Positions 11,901 through 24,101 of a DNA stretch of 64,000 nucleotides are shown here, in pieces; position 1 is the first letter of the stretch; each line of letters begins with the position of its first letter. This DNA is from Branchiostoma floridae. Taxonomy: Eukaryota. The stretch is taken from contig NC_136205.1 of NCBI RefSeq assembly GCF_015852565.1, forward strand, positions 3,066,707 to 3,130,706. Reading direction: 5' to 3'. Both the position numbers and the translations under genes were made by a program. A model generated the notes under the pieces. It was not told the origin of the DNA, did no database searches, and worked only from the letters and a program-made list of their open reading frames with translations.

Positions 11901-12714
11901 AAAATCTTCAATTTCAAAACAGGTAAGGGTTTCATTGAGCAAACTAAACGTCGTTTAACGTTACATACTAGGGCTGGGTATCGGTACTGCGTACCGGTAC
12001 AAAACCGGTTTTTCTTATTGGACCGGTCCAGAAAAACCGGACCTGAAAAAATTAGGTGGACCGGACGTTGGACCGATTCAAAAATTAACAGATTATTTTA
12101 TCAGGCATTCACACGTTTTAGCGCTTGCAGGTGGAAGAAAATAACAAGAGTGAAGTAGAGTAGAGTTTATAGTAATTTCTACCAAGTTTTACAGCAAATC
12201 GTACAGGTGTAGTTAGCGTTGTATGGTTTTAAAACGCCAGTGTAAGTCTAATACTCCACCAAACAGATCTCTTTGTAGTGAAATGGACCATTGGTATGAG
12301 TCATACTGCATCAGGTCCAGGTTCAGGTCCGGACCTGGACCTAATCCTTTGGACCTGAACCGGACCTGGACCTGAATTTTCGGTACCGGTACCCACCCCT
12401 ATTACATACCTATTCTCTTAATAGATAGGTACAAAATCAGTGCTATTCCCTCCTGGTCTGCACTATTAAATACTGCTTTATATTTATAGTATTTTTAATG
12501 TCACATTTACTAAATAGTAACGTTGATAATTGCCAATTTAAGTCTGGGTGTTAAGGTTGCTAAGGCTAAAACTGACTTAATTCACCGAGTTTTACAGCAA
12601 GGTATAAAGGTCTCAATATTGTTTTAGTATATTTATGTATTATTATGTCTATATGTATGTATGAATAAATCATTCAATAGAAACCATAAATGGTTCTTTT
12701 AGTTTTTATTTTAC

Positions 12715-12985
12715 CTGATTCGAACATCTTCACTGCTGCCACTTCTTCTCCCTGGGCAGAACATTGGAAACCGCCGATTCGCTCATCCCTCATGAACGAG
12801 TAAAACGTCATCTCCTGTCCTGGCCAATCAGATTCATCCCCTCTCATGGCCCTTGGGTTGGACCACCGGGGTAAGCTTGAGGCAGACAGAGCGTCGAACG
12901 TCGTTACGTAGGGCGTGACGCATTTGACGTAGGTGGGCGAGCTGTCAACAAACGGGAACTTGTTGATGACCGTGATGTCTATAAC
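12715..12985 (-). CDS. Extracellular N-terminal-region exon, unclassified and possibly discoidin-like (…DALSASSLPRWSNPRAMRGDESDWPGQEMTFYSF…)
   Basis: Open minus-strand frame of about 90 codons with the donor CAG|gtaaaa at 12715. The gene continues 5' beyond this point. Confidence 0.35.
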
Positions 12986-13038
12986 AGCTCCTGGGTGTCA
13001 AAGTGAAATATAGGCAAATGTTTTAGAAAGGAATACTT

Positions 13039-15133
13039 AACCCTATTCAGACCGGTGTGACAGCGATCTCGCCCCCCCGTGATCTCGCCCCCCGGGGGGC
13101 GAAATCACTAGCGATCTCGCCCCCCCGGGGCGAAATCACTAGCGATCTCGCCCTCCCCGGCTAGTGATCTCGCCCCCCTACCTCGCCCCCCTTTAGCGAT
13201 TTCGCCCCCCCCCCAAAAAAAAACGGTTTTACATGACATTTTAAAAGTTGATTGGTATAAATCACAAAATTCAGTTTCAGAATGATATAAGTACATGCGT
13301 TTGATACATAACTCCATTTATAGTATCAATATTAACGTAATTACATGGTAATAAGATAGTTGAACTTGTTTCAGACAAGGAGGGTTGGGTCCCTTGTATT
13401 CCAATTATTGCATATACCTGAGTCTTGACATAAGATGTATTTCATTGTATTCACCTGTCCTCAAGCAACCTATATATCTCCAATATGAAGTTTCTACCAT
13501 GAAGTGACCACAAAATAACTATGTAATGTCTTTATTAATTATGCAAATATTAGGTATTAATTAGAATAACGCACATTTTGGTATATGCACCTGGCCAAGG
13601 GATATCTTCACCTCCAACATGACTGTTTTTTCTAGTATTTAGGAACTGATGCATTTACCCTTGTTTCTTAAGACTGATACTTTACCAGTGTTTGTGTAGC
13701 ATTTAGCAACAGCTATATCAACTTGCGCGTAGATAGTGTTTATAATGAGAAACTATTATTCACGTGTGTTTTTGTTAGTGCTTTGGAAATGTTTCCAGCA
13801 CAAGAAAGAAAACACTGTGACAAATTGAAAACATATAGCTGACGTATTCCGTACCATAGACGGTGTTGATTTATACGTTCGCAGTAGCACTGTTTTTATG
13901 CCACCTCAGCTGCAAAAATTGTCTTTTTCATTTCAATGTTATGTTTGTACCGAACAATATAGTATCGACTTTCGAGGTATGACATCTTACGGTACGGTAA
14001 TAAGGTGCCATATAGGTACCAGGTAACACACCATATACATTACTCCCCAGGTGCAGTATAGTGCCAGGTAGCGCACCTGTAATATGTAGTAACCAGCTGC
14101 TTTGGGGGGGGGGGGCGAAAACGCTAAAGGGGGGCGAAAACGCTAGTGATCTCGCCCCCCGGGGGGGGCGAGATCACAGGGGGGGCGAGATCGCTGTCAC
14201 ACCTGGCTTTTTTGGTCATCCCTGGACCGGGGGGGGGGGGCTTTTGAGGCCCTCCACTTCTAAGTCCTCTAACTCTCGAACGACGTGCCGTAAGGCCACC
14301 AAATTTTCAGGACATTTTATCGACATAATATCTGACAAGTATTTGGCGTTTGACGTTACGTTGACGTAAGATGACGTAATTATGACGTCATCAATTTGAT
14401 TATATTGGCCGGACCCATGAAAAAGGGTATTCTCAGAAAACTTCAAGTTATACTACAAAAATGTAACAATAAGTGCAGATAACAGAATAATAATGTTTAT
14501 TTCGACTTGTATTGCCAATAGCACCATCGATGACGTCATAATGACGTAAAAAAAATGACGTCATGCACATCTAAGATACGAGATAGGCTCCGCCATATTA
14601 TATCCACCACCTTGAATTTTTAAAACTTCTTTTTTTGCAACAAATAATCACAAAGGGCAATGGAAATAGACTACATTCATTCATTTAGATAGTTTTTGAT
14701 GAAAAAATACCAGGTAGTTACAAATTTTAAGGGAAAATAAGCTTGTTATTCTTGATCTGGCCATACGGTCCGCCATCTTGGATTTTGGGCTGATGACGTC
14801 ATCAAATTAGCATAATTTATGCATATATAATTATGAAAGATATGCTAAATAATATAAGATTTTATTTATGTAACAAATTAGCAGTAATATAGCAAATAAA
14901 TGTGAAAAATACATTGTTAGAACCAAAAATAGTGATTTTTGGCAAAACTGCCTGTCAGCAAACGGTTGCCATGGCAACACGAAAAATTGGAAGATTTGTC
15001 AAACTTCGCAAAATTGTTGCCAACAATATTTTAGGAAAACTCACCAAATTTGGTGGCTTTAGCGTAAGGCGTTCTGGCGTTATAGGACATCGAAGTTAGC
15101 GCGGGCCCCAAAAGCCCCCCCCCCCCCCGGTCT
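13039..15133. mobile_element. Non-autonomous piggyBac-like element (~2.1 kb) with TTAA target-site duplications
   Basis: TTAA|CCCTATTCAGACCGG ... CCGGTCTGAATAGGG|TTAA. Subterminal inverted G/C-rich repeats (gcgatctcgccccccgggg) lie at 13060-13210 and 14100-14215. Confidence 0.75.
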
Positions 15134-16931
15134 GAATAGGGTTAAACGCTGAAGGAAGTGTTTTTTATCAATAGATGATATATCAATGAATACATAACCA
15201 TTGGCAAAATTTCACTTATAAGATATGTTTTAAGTTTTTAAGTAAAAAAAAAACCCAGTCGTATAGGAAAACACACTGGGAATCATAAATGCAATCCCTG
15301 TTTTCTGAGATTGAATCATAAAAGTAATAAATATAGCATGATTAAACTATCAGACAAAGTAGTTAATATATGGAGAAATAACATTATTTTAAATTATAGA
15401 GGTACACATTGTATAGATAGTACTGTACACATAGTACTGTACGTAACTTAGCAACACACAATGTTTGCGAAAAAAACCTTCCAAATTGAAAAAAATGACG
15501 TTATTCTGATGTGTGTTTAAGTGCACTCTCGTTCTAAGAGCCAACACTTTCTCTCTCTTAAAGTATTATCAAAAATACATTTTCTACACTTTCTCTTCTT
15601 CAGAGAATGCTCTATGTGATTTCCCCTCTTAACCTATTTCCATGTCAGATATTTCTGGCCAAAACTCAAAACAGAAGAGCACAGTGATTCAAGACTCCAT
15701 TGTGCAAAACATTTGATATCGCCGCCATTGTAAAAAATCAAGGCCCCCTAGCCCCCACACTCGAGTGCTCTTGTAGATAAACACGTGATGAGATCCGGCT
15801 CTAACAATACAACATCGAAAACCTAATATGCCACTTGACCAATAAGCATCGCCCTTATAGAGACAAGACGCCACCTTTTGGCAAGAGGATTATGATAGAG
15901 AGCCCTCCATAGGTCAATTAGCCATTCCATGTTGTTGCTAAGCAACCAGCAATTACGTCTGTTGTCACTGACATGATCGAAGGAATCGATAAAAAACTAC
16001 GCTTTATTCGGGTTGAAGTTGTCAGTTTTTCCATAGTTATTTGTTTCTATACTACTGCCAGGAGAATTGTTTTCATTTTGAAACTACACAATGGTCCAAA
16101 AAGGATGTTTTTTTGATAAGTAAAGTGCTTGTAAAAATATAACTAGCTCAATAAATGTTGAGTCGTGCCCTTTTCGTAGTCATGTCATTAATACTCTGCC
16201 AACGATGCTGTTGATTGTTCTAGACGTCGTTTCTACGTGGTTTTATATTACCAACATGCGTCTCTTTAACGTGGTAATATCGCTGTAGATGAGATGGAAA
16301 ACAATCAAAAACAGGATTCTGACAAACTTGAAAAGGGTTATCAATTACAGGACAAACGCAGTGCTAAAACACTGTAACCATCACATAGCCGAACATGGCC
16401 TTCCGACCTTCGCTAGACCACTGTTGATAGTCGTGAGCAAGGTCATTTGTGATTGGGAGATGGTCTGGAGATCGTCTTGTATAAAAATAAGTTTTTTCGT
16501 CGTATGCACCAGCCGTTCGTGTGCAATATACTTTGAAAAAGAAAAGTCGGAAAATTCATATTCTGCTTGTATACTGTTAGAGGATCGAACTGTATCTAGA
16601 AAGACTGGATCCAAGTATACTTTCAAAAAAGAACTAAATACTTTTTTTTTACATGAAATCGAAACGAAATACCTTGCCATCAGGTCTTACATTTGAATAC
16701 ATATTTATTTGCAATAATACAGAAATAGCTAAGTTTACTCATGAGCCATTATTGTTGTTTAGTAAATAAAATCTTCAGGTCTAATTTGCATTTCTCTATG
16801 GTATTTTGAACTGAATTGACCAAACGAAAGTTTCCGTACTTTTGTTGAGTCAATATCAATAAACCGTCACTGTGATACAAAGTTTTTCGTACTACCAAAA
16901 TGTATTGTTGAGCCAAATGTGCATAGTGCTA

Positions 16932-17511
16932 CGAGGGGCGTTCAAGAAGTAATCCACCTGACCCATTTCCCAAAGGAGGAGATTAATGAAACTTGGTGCA
17001 GTTATTAGTCTTTCTCTTCATAGGAATCACCCAGAGTTATGCATTTCTACCATCGTTTGATGCAGCTCTGTACACCGTTTTTGTAGGACGCCCCAGGTTG
17101 GTCCTGCAACAGATGCCTCATCAATGGCAGAAGAGGGACGACCAGGTCTGGGAGCTGTTTCCACAGACTTCCGGCCATGTTTGAATTCACAATGCCAGCG
17201 TTTTACAAGGTCATATGATGGGGAATCATCACCATAAGTTTCTTTTATTTCATCAAAAGTCTCATTTGGTGTGCGTCCTTTCAAATACAAAAACCGGATC
17301 ACTGCGCGACACTCAACTGGCTTCATTTCACACCTGGTCCATTTCACACCTGACTCAGTTCAAACACCTTTAAATCAAAAACCAAAATTAGTTCAGAGCT
17401 GTTTTTTGCAACATAACCCATAGAGATATGAATCATTACATATGCAAAATTTCATCTAGATCAGACAACTGGAAGTGGGTCAGGTGGATTACTTCTTGAA
17501 CGCCCCTCGAT
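16932..17511 (-). mobile_element. Internally deleted mariner-like element (~580 bp) with ~38-bp TIRs and a remnant transposase N-terminal HTH ORF
   Basis: The TIRs are cgaggggcgttcaagaagtaatccacctgacccatttcc and its reverse complement at 17473-17511. ORF 17027-17347 (…CRAVIRFLYLKGRTPNETFDEIKETYGDDSPSYDLVKRWHCEFKHGRKSVETAPRPGRP) resembles the Mos1/Himar HTH. TA dinucleotides flank the element. Confidence 0.8.
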
Positions 17512-18346
17512 AGCTATAAAATGTGAATGACGAAAAGAAATCTTCTAGCAGCCAATGAGCTTCTTTAGTTTGAATGACTCAGCAAAATTATTGGTTAGAA
17601 ACTAAATTTTAGCGCTCCTAACTGTAATAAAGAAATTGATATTAAATTATAAGAGCTCAAGCATATCGCAGATCAGTGACCGCACACTGAACATAATGTG
17701 TAGTAAAAAAGTAAAAGCCTAACAAATGAATAAACAAAACAGATTAAACTCACCACATGTTGTCCAGAGAAGAATAAAGGTGCTAGAGAAAAGCAAAAGG
17801 TTGATCATTTTGAAATCACATCGAGGAATGTGTTAAAGTTTATACAGTAACACCGTTCTGTGTACTGTGGTGACTTCTAAATAGGGACTGGTGGCGAATT
17901 ATGCTGGGAACTTGTGCCTGATGTGCTTTAGTGCGCATGGGTGAAGAGGGGACACTTTTGGACATCCGTAAGTTGTCATTGTTGCGGTAAACAAGTGTCG
18001 TTCGTTACGGTTGGATAGGTGGCAAGGGTAGGGATCGTCTGGAAATATCCGCATTTTGCTTTAAGGTCCTTTAGGGGAAATATTTTACAGTGTGTTCGTG
18101 TTGTGTATAGTGTCCAAGCAGACGTCTCAGCTGGATGACAAAAGAGAAGAATTTTGCCAGATTGGGTCAAATAAGTTGCCAGGTGAATTCAGTCTGTCTT
18201 TTGCAGCATATCAAGCTATCCGTCGGTCAGTTCACTCCTAGGCCAATCAACTCCTACTAGAATTTATTGCTAACTTAGCCAAAGTCCCCTATTCGACCAG
18301 GCCGGAGTCTGGTAGAGACTTTTAACGGGTACAATAGAAGCCAACC

Positions 18347-18491
18347 AATTGCACAGCGGATTAACGCACACTTCTGTTAACTGCACCGAATTCCAAAATC
18401 CCAAACCTGTACGGTCCAGCTGAATTCGCATTATTGCACCAGCCGGATAGTTGCACGAAATATGCTGGCAAATAGGCTGTGCAATTAACCC
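18347..18491. mobile_element. ~145-bp MITE (TIR AATTGCACAG…CTGTGCAATT), copy A. Its terminal TTAA was the target for the piggyBac-like insertion.
   Basis: caattgcacagcggattaacgcacacttctgttaactgcac…ggcaaataggctgtgcaattaa. Copy B is at 33034-33172. Confidence 0.65.
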
Positions 18492-19696
18492 TCAAGCACC
18501 CGACCTTTATTTGCGACTAAAATGACCGAGTGGGGTCCAAACGGACCCCAAAATGTTTTGTTCATGAAATCACAGTTCCAATTACTATCGGTGATCATTG
18601 TACATACATTGCTTCGTCAATGTAAGAGGAATATTTTGACATGCTAAGGTGTTGATAATTCTACCTCATTATCATAATTTATGCAAAAGATCAGAAGGAC
18701 CATGTTTTGCACTAAACCTATTCTGACCAGAGAGGGGAATTTTGAGGCCCTCACTGCCTCAGCAACTTTTATGTCGCGTAACTCATGAACGGCTAGTGCT
18801 AAATCTACGAAACTTGGTGATATATCACAAAATATTGTTAGCAAAATTTTTTTTGTCAATAAAGTAAATTTATCTTGATTTGGGGTTGTCATGGCAACGG
18901 AATTCTGACAGGCATATTTTTGCAAAACTTTTCCAATTTCGATTAAAAAAAGGTTTTCTTAGTAAACCATGCTCATTTTCTTACAACAATAAAATTCTAT
19001 GAAGTTCAATGCTATTTACATGATTTAAAATTTATAATTTATGCTAATTTCATGACGTCATTAGTCAAAATCCAAAATGGCCGCCCTTTTAGCAAAATGA
19101 CGTCATAATGTCGTTATATTATATTTAACAATCTTTATTGACACGACAAAAGTATTATATGGTGATGACACAGAAGTTTTTATGAGGATTTAGTTTTACA
19201 TGCTTATTATCCCCTGAAATTTTGGTGGTGATAGGATAAGTAGTTAGGGAGTTAGACTCAAAAGTTTGTTTCAAAAGCTGCACTTTTTGGCTGGGGTCCG
19301 TTTGGACCCCAGACGGACTGATCACAGACTTTCTTTATACAGTCAAACCTGTCTATAGTGGCCACTCAAGGGACCGGACAAATGTGGCCATTATAGACAG
19401 GTGGTCTCTGTATAGAGGTGGCAACTTGTAGATAAAATACCCAAGGGACCGACAAAAAGTGGCCACTATGGACAGGTGGCCCCTCTGTAGAGGTGGCCCC
19501 TAATACAGGTTTGACTGTACCTTTGTAGCTTCCACAGTATTGTACCAATCTTCATAAAAACTTAGGAAAAGGTATAGAAGATAAAGGCTGACAAAGTCAC
19601 GGAAGGAATTTTTCTTCAGATAAAAAATGTTCAAATGGTACTTAAAAATTTACGCCTGGGGTCCAAATGGACCCCACTCGGGTGTTTGAGGGTTAA
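18492..19696. mobile_element. Second piggyBac-like non-autonomous element (~1.2 kb) of the same family, inverted relative to the first, with TTAA target-site duplications
   Basis: TTAA|CCCTCAAGCACCCGA ... TCGGGTGTTTGAGGG|TTAA. Its internal sequence matches 14760-15010 in reverse complement (ttgccatggcaac, tgacgtcat blocks). Confidence 0.7.
19337..19513. mobile_element. Palindromic MITE nested inside the piggyBac-like element
   Basis: cagtcaaacctgtctatagtggccac…gtggcccctaatacaggtttgactg, with nearly perfect hairpin halves. Confidence 0.6.
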
Positions 19697-20539
19697 ACGG
19701 CTTTACTGTACTAGTATGGCGTAACTGTGGAGTGTCCGGCTTAGAACGACCGTGCTGTTTGCAAACATATCGCTAGATGTCGCCCTTGCACCGTGACCTA
19801 TTGTTGTCATGTGACGTGTTTGTTGACGATGAGGTCATAGCCCGAAATGGGAAGTTTTGTAGTTGTGCGAGTTCTTGCAGCTGCGTTGTCATCTTTATCG
19901 ACGTGTGCGAGCTTGCAGACGTCTTTATAGCGAGTGCGGAGCTCCTCAAAGATTCTTAAGGTACGTAGACTGAAGGCTTATGATTACAAGTCGTAGTATA
20001 ACTGATCTCTTTCATACTTCATGATGCTAGACGACTTGAGCTGCAATGCTTATTGCTTTGGTCATGGATACGTTTCAGAACCATGCATAAGAATTGTTGT
20101 ATATAGCAATTTTCACACCAAGGTGCTGAGATAGAATAGCTGATGGATATGGTTAAACTTCTGACTTCTTTTTTGCATACATAAGTAAGCCAGCGTAAAT
20201 TACAGCAGCTTATTTTTTAAAGATCATTCTTAAATCGTCTTTCCCAATTTATGTTCACTGTTACTTCCGGGTTTGGCGTTTCAAGTAAGTTGTTCTTACC
20301 GGCAAGTTGTGACTTAAGCAACATTTATTCCGCGACTTTGAGACTTCATTTATGCTCTAGTTTCAGAAAAAAAGTTTCTGTATTTTGCAGAAGGTAATTT
20401 GCATGCGCATGAGCATTGTATATTTAATAGCTAGAATAATATATTCATCATACCTCTAAACGTTAACTTACAATACTTGAGTACTGTGTTATTATGAGTG
20501 CATGTGTGTGTGTGTAGCCTTCATCACAGGCTCCAGCGG

Positions 20540-21050
20540 GGATGGCTGTTATTTTAGGTGTGTGTGTGTGTGTGGGGGGGGGGGTCTCTAGAGTTTCAAC
20601 GTTGATTTAATAAGGTTCTCAAATGGGAAAGGCAGCTTGCCGTGGAAAGGCGGTCTGCCTAAACACCACAAACGACCACAAACGACTCAGAAACACCACA
20701 AACGACCACAAACGACTCTAATATGCAGTGTGGCGCTCTGCAAGCACGCATTCATTGACATCGCTTCCATCTTGAAACCGGCGGACTAACTCGAAATAAC
20801 TGGTGAATACGTAGGACTTGCTGCACTCTTTAAATTCATAAATGTGTAAACAATGTCTCCAGAGCGCCACACAAGGTTTTTGACCCATATACACTGCATG
20901 TTAGAGTCGTTTGTGGTCGTTTGTGGTGTTTAGGCACACCCTGGAAGGGTCCAGTTTTGCACCGCTGCTGGTGGCATTATCTAGAACCTTAGTCAACGTT
21001 GAAAGTTGCGAACTACCTTCCACCACATGGAATAACAGCCAGCCCCATTA
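20540..21050. repeat. Large foldback/inverted-repeat structure with internal (aaacaccacaaacgaccacaaacgactc) direct repeats
   Basis: 20640-20720 is the reverse complement of 20885-20935. The outer arms 20540-20600 and 20990-21050 are also complementary. Confidence 0.6.
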
Positions 21051-21077
21051 GAGTGACTGCAAAGGAGGCTTTAATTC

Positions 21078-21440
21078 ATCTATCGGAGGTCAGTACCAAG
21101 GCTTTAGCCAGCTCGAATTTTTTTTTCCGTCAGCCAATTACAATCGTCGCGAAAACCGCAAAAATTAATTAGAAGGACTGAACTGAGACCTTGAAAAATG
21201 GGTTTTAATGAGATTATCGTATGCGAAAGGGCGCCGACACACATTGCCAACAATCATAACAATAGCAAAACAAACAGTGTGTGGCTTTTACGGCCGTGGA
21301 CGGCGTCCCCAAGCCGCCTGTAGCTTCCACGAAGCATTTTTGTCCGTCAAGGTTGACGGATTGGTTTTAAAATTTTTCTGTCACAGGCAGCAAATTTCCG
21401 TCAATTGACGGAAAAACGGACGCTGGCTAGACCCCTGGTC
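21078..21440. mobile_element. hAT-like MITE (~360 bp), copy 1, with an 8-bp TSD of GTCAGTAC/GTCGGTAC
   Basis: TIR CAAGGCTTTAGCCAGC…GCTGGCTAGACCCCTG. The internal sequence is about 90% identical to copy 2. Confidence 0.7.
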
Positions 21441-21541
21441 GGTACGCATATAATGATAAATCAAATCAACATGGTGAAGCTATGCAATTGCATTGTACCC
21501 AGCACACTGAGAGTTAACTGTTCAGGCTGCTTTGTCCTCAG

Positions 21542-21673
21542 ATGGGCGTGTTCCGTGGTTGCCAGGTAACCCTGGAGCTGACAGGTGTCACACTTCCATA
21601 TAAGGAGAAGAAGAGGCTGAGGGAACTCGTCACACAGAATGATGGCATCATCTCTTACATCATCAACAAAAAG
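21542..21673 (+). CDS. PARP4: PARP4 (vault PARP) exon 1 with start codon; BRCT domain start
   Basis: MGVFRGCQVTLELTGVTLPYKEKKRLRELVTQNDGIISYIINKK aligns with human MVMGIFANCIFCLKVKYLPQQQKKKLQTDIKENGGKFSF. The donor is AAG|gtcaga. Confidence 0.8.
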
Positions 21674-22170
21674 GTCAGAGGGCAACTGTTCATTGTCCAG
21701 TCAAAAAGCAATGCTTGAGTTGTAACTTGTAACGTATAGAGTCCAGTTGATTCTGTGTATGGATGTAATGTTTTCAGTGTGCCTGGACTTTATGTTTGAA
21801 GTTATTACAACATGTAGAATATATTGAGTACACTGTCTTATAAGTGGCAGGAAGTGATTGAGAAAGTGGTGTCACTACAAAGGTCAGACCTCCAGGAGTG
21901 ACTGGAAATAGAGTCCAGAGGTGGTAGAACTTAGCTATTTATCAGACATGGTAGACATTCCAGGTCATGGGGTCAATGGAAGGGGCCACTAATTCATGGG
22001 GAGGTATTGTTTTCAGTGTTTTTTTTTTGCAGTTACGTATTTTCCATCTGCTAGGTTAGAGTCTGTTCATGCAATACCTAAGGAATTTGTGAGACAAAAA
22101 AAGTATCATTCCATGTTAGAAATAACCATTCTGTCTTTTCTGTTGACAAATTGATTTACACATTTTCTAG

Positions 22171-22366
22171 ATTTCATTTCTGGTACTGGGGAACAAAGAA
22201 AGGACGGACAGCTACAAATGCAGGACGGCGGTGAAACTCGGCCTGCCCGTGGTGTCGCTCGACTACATCGAGGCCTGCGTACAGGCAGGGGAGCTGCTCC
22301 ATACCGACAGCTTCCTATTGGTCGGGAAGAGCGTTGCTGACGAGTTTTCTACGGGCAAAATCGCAG
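22171..22366 (+). CDS. PARP4: PARP4 exon 2 (BRCT)
   Basis: ttttctag|ISFLVLGNKERTDSYKCRTAVKLGLPVVSLDYIEACVQAGELLHTDSFLLVGKSVADEFSTGKIA|gtaatt. Phase 0 in, phase 1 out. Confidence 0.8.
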
Positions 22367-22639
22367 GTAATTAGGCGATTACACGTAACAGATAAAGAAC
22401 ACAGATGTTCTGCCGCACGATGTACGTAAGAATTTGGTGTTCAAATATTTTAATGGCATTTATTTTTATATGGATTGATGCCCTATATTGTTTTTAATGT
22501 AGTACAGTGGAGTTGTACATGTGATGTTCAGAACAATTCAGGATGTTTCCAACTGGACATCCTGCAAGTCTGTACAATTTGAATAAAACTCGTCAAGCTT
22601 GTCAGGTAACAGACTTCACCTCAACTGCTTCAAGTCATT

Positions 22640-22902
22640 ATAGAGAATTGCTAAACTTTCATTCCAACACAAAGATAATGTAGGGACTTAAATTTTCGGT
22701 CGATTTCCGTCAAGTTACCTAATGTTCACAGAATGACCCTTTCTCACTCCAGCAGTGACGTCAGGAAGACACCACTTTTGTAGGTGGGGGTCATAAGTAT
22801 CAGAAAGTCTATGTCGCCCCCCGTCTCTGTTGAGTGTGGGCCGATGGGCTCTGATGTGCAAGGCCTCCTTCACTCCTCGTGCGAAGAAATCCTCAACAGA
22901 GA

Positions 22903-22939
<37 letters not shown>

Positions 22940-23125
22940 CGACATAGACTTTCTGATATTTATGACCCCCTCCTGCAAAAGTGGTGTCTTCCTGACGTCA
23001 CTGCTGGAGTGAGAAAGGATTTTATTCTGTGAACAAGGTCGACGGAGATCGGACCGAAAATTTAGGGGTAAGTCCCTACATTATCTTCGTGTTGGAATGA
23101 AAGTTTAGCAATTCTCTATAATGTA
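22640..23125. mobile_element. Foldback element with ~200-bp inverted arms around a 39-nt poly-G tract, in PARP4 intron 2
   Basis: The arms at 22640-22895 and 22945-23125 are reverse complements. G39 sits at 22901-22939. A related fragment lies at 37195-37310. Confidence 0.7.
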
Positions 23126-23234
23126 TTCTACCAACACAGATGAACTTTCATGCTATGCTTCAAGTCAATCTATGGATCTAAAGTGACATAATTTAAGTTT
23201 TGGCTGCCTTTCAAAGCAAATAATATCCAAATAC

Positions 23235-23530
23235 ATCATAACTGTATGGGCATGTTCGGGCATGAGCGGCACCTGCCACGGCACACGAGTCGGGGGTAGG
23301 AGGAACCCCCTACATCCTTGGTTGGAAGTCCTCCTAGCAGATGGATACTCCGAACAACAAAGCTGCATCTGCTGGAGCCGCCTCACACGTTGCATACAGT
23401 TGCCCCTGTGAGACTTAGTGCTCCAATAGACGAGAGGGTGGAGAAGGAATTGCACACCCCTCCTTCACCATAAAAAGTCATGTGCAGGTCAGGCAAACAG
23501 GCAAATAGCCTGTCTGCCTCCTCATCTGTC
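23235..23530 (+). mobile_element. Same SINE family, 5'-truncated copy, in PARP4 intron 2
   Basis: About 85% identity to 11560-11760 over ~170 bp. Confidence 0.65.
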
Positions 23531-23714
23531 CAATCGACAGGAGAAAAACATCATAACTGTCAGGAAGATGTATGAATTTCTACTACTAGAATCAATGTTT
23601 TTTCTAGCCATATTGCATTCTCTATCCTGACATGCATTCATTTGGTTTATTGGTTGATATTAAGTTTAAGATAACTATATGACATGACTTATAAATCCTT
23701 ACCTAATATTCCAG

Positions 23715-23775
23715 CCCCAAGAAGCCTGAAGCAGGCAGAAGTAAAGAAGGTGACAGTAGACATCAACAAAATCAA
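23715..23775 (+). CDS. PARP4: PARP4 exon 3
   Basis: tattccag|(A)PRSLKQAEVKKVTVDINKIK|gtaagg. The phase chain is consistent (1 in, 2 out). Confidence 0.65.
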
Positions 23776-23977
23776 GTAAGGTGTCTTATTTTGACCAATT
23801 AGGGTCTTTCAATTCGTTATGATTATTGAATTGATTAAAAGGAAAATTCGAGTAAAATTTCTTATTTTACCAGATGATCACAATTCTTAGCTTACCATGC
23901 AGATAGTCATAAAAACTAAAATATTTCACAAAGTTATGGATCTTTAATTTCTTGCTTATCATGTTTACCCACTTAAG

Positions 23978-24101
23978 GGTGTGGAAACAAGGAGAAAATG
24001 GTCCAGATGGAGCTTTCAAACCTGTGTACTCCAAAGATACCAGCGGAGATCATCACTTGGTAGACGGAAAATTTGAGGTGGCCAAGTATGTCTTCTTACA
24101 G
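23978..24101 (+). CDS. PARP4: PARP4 exon 4
   Basis: cttaag|VWKQGENGPDGAFKPVYSKDTSGDHHLVDGKFEVAKYVFLQ|gtgagt. FEVAKY matches human QDFEVAKYNTLEK. Confidence 0.75.

Noticed and set aside
16289-16696. 135-aa plus-strand ORF and its antisense 99-aa ORF in the intergenic region
   Set aside because: It is an AT-rich region with no recognisable domain and no splice context. It lies adjacent to the mariner MITE and is likely non-coding.
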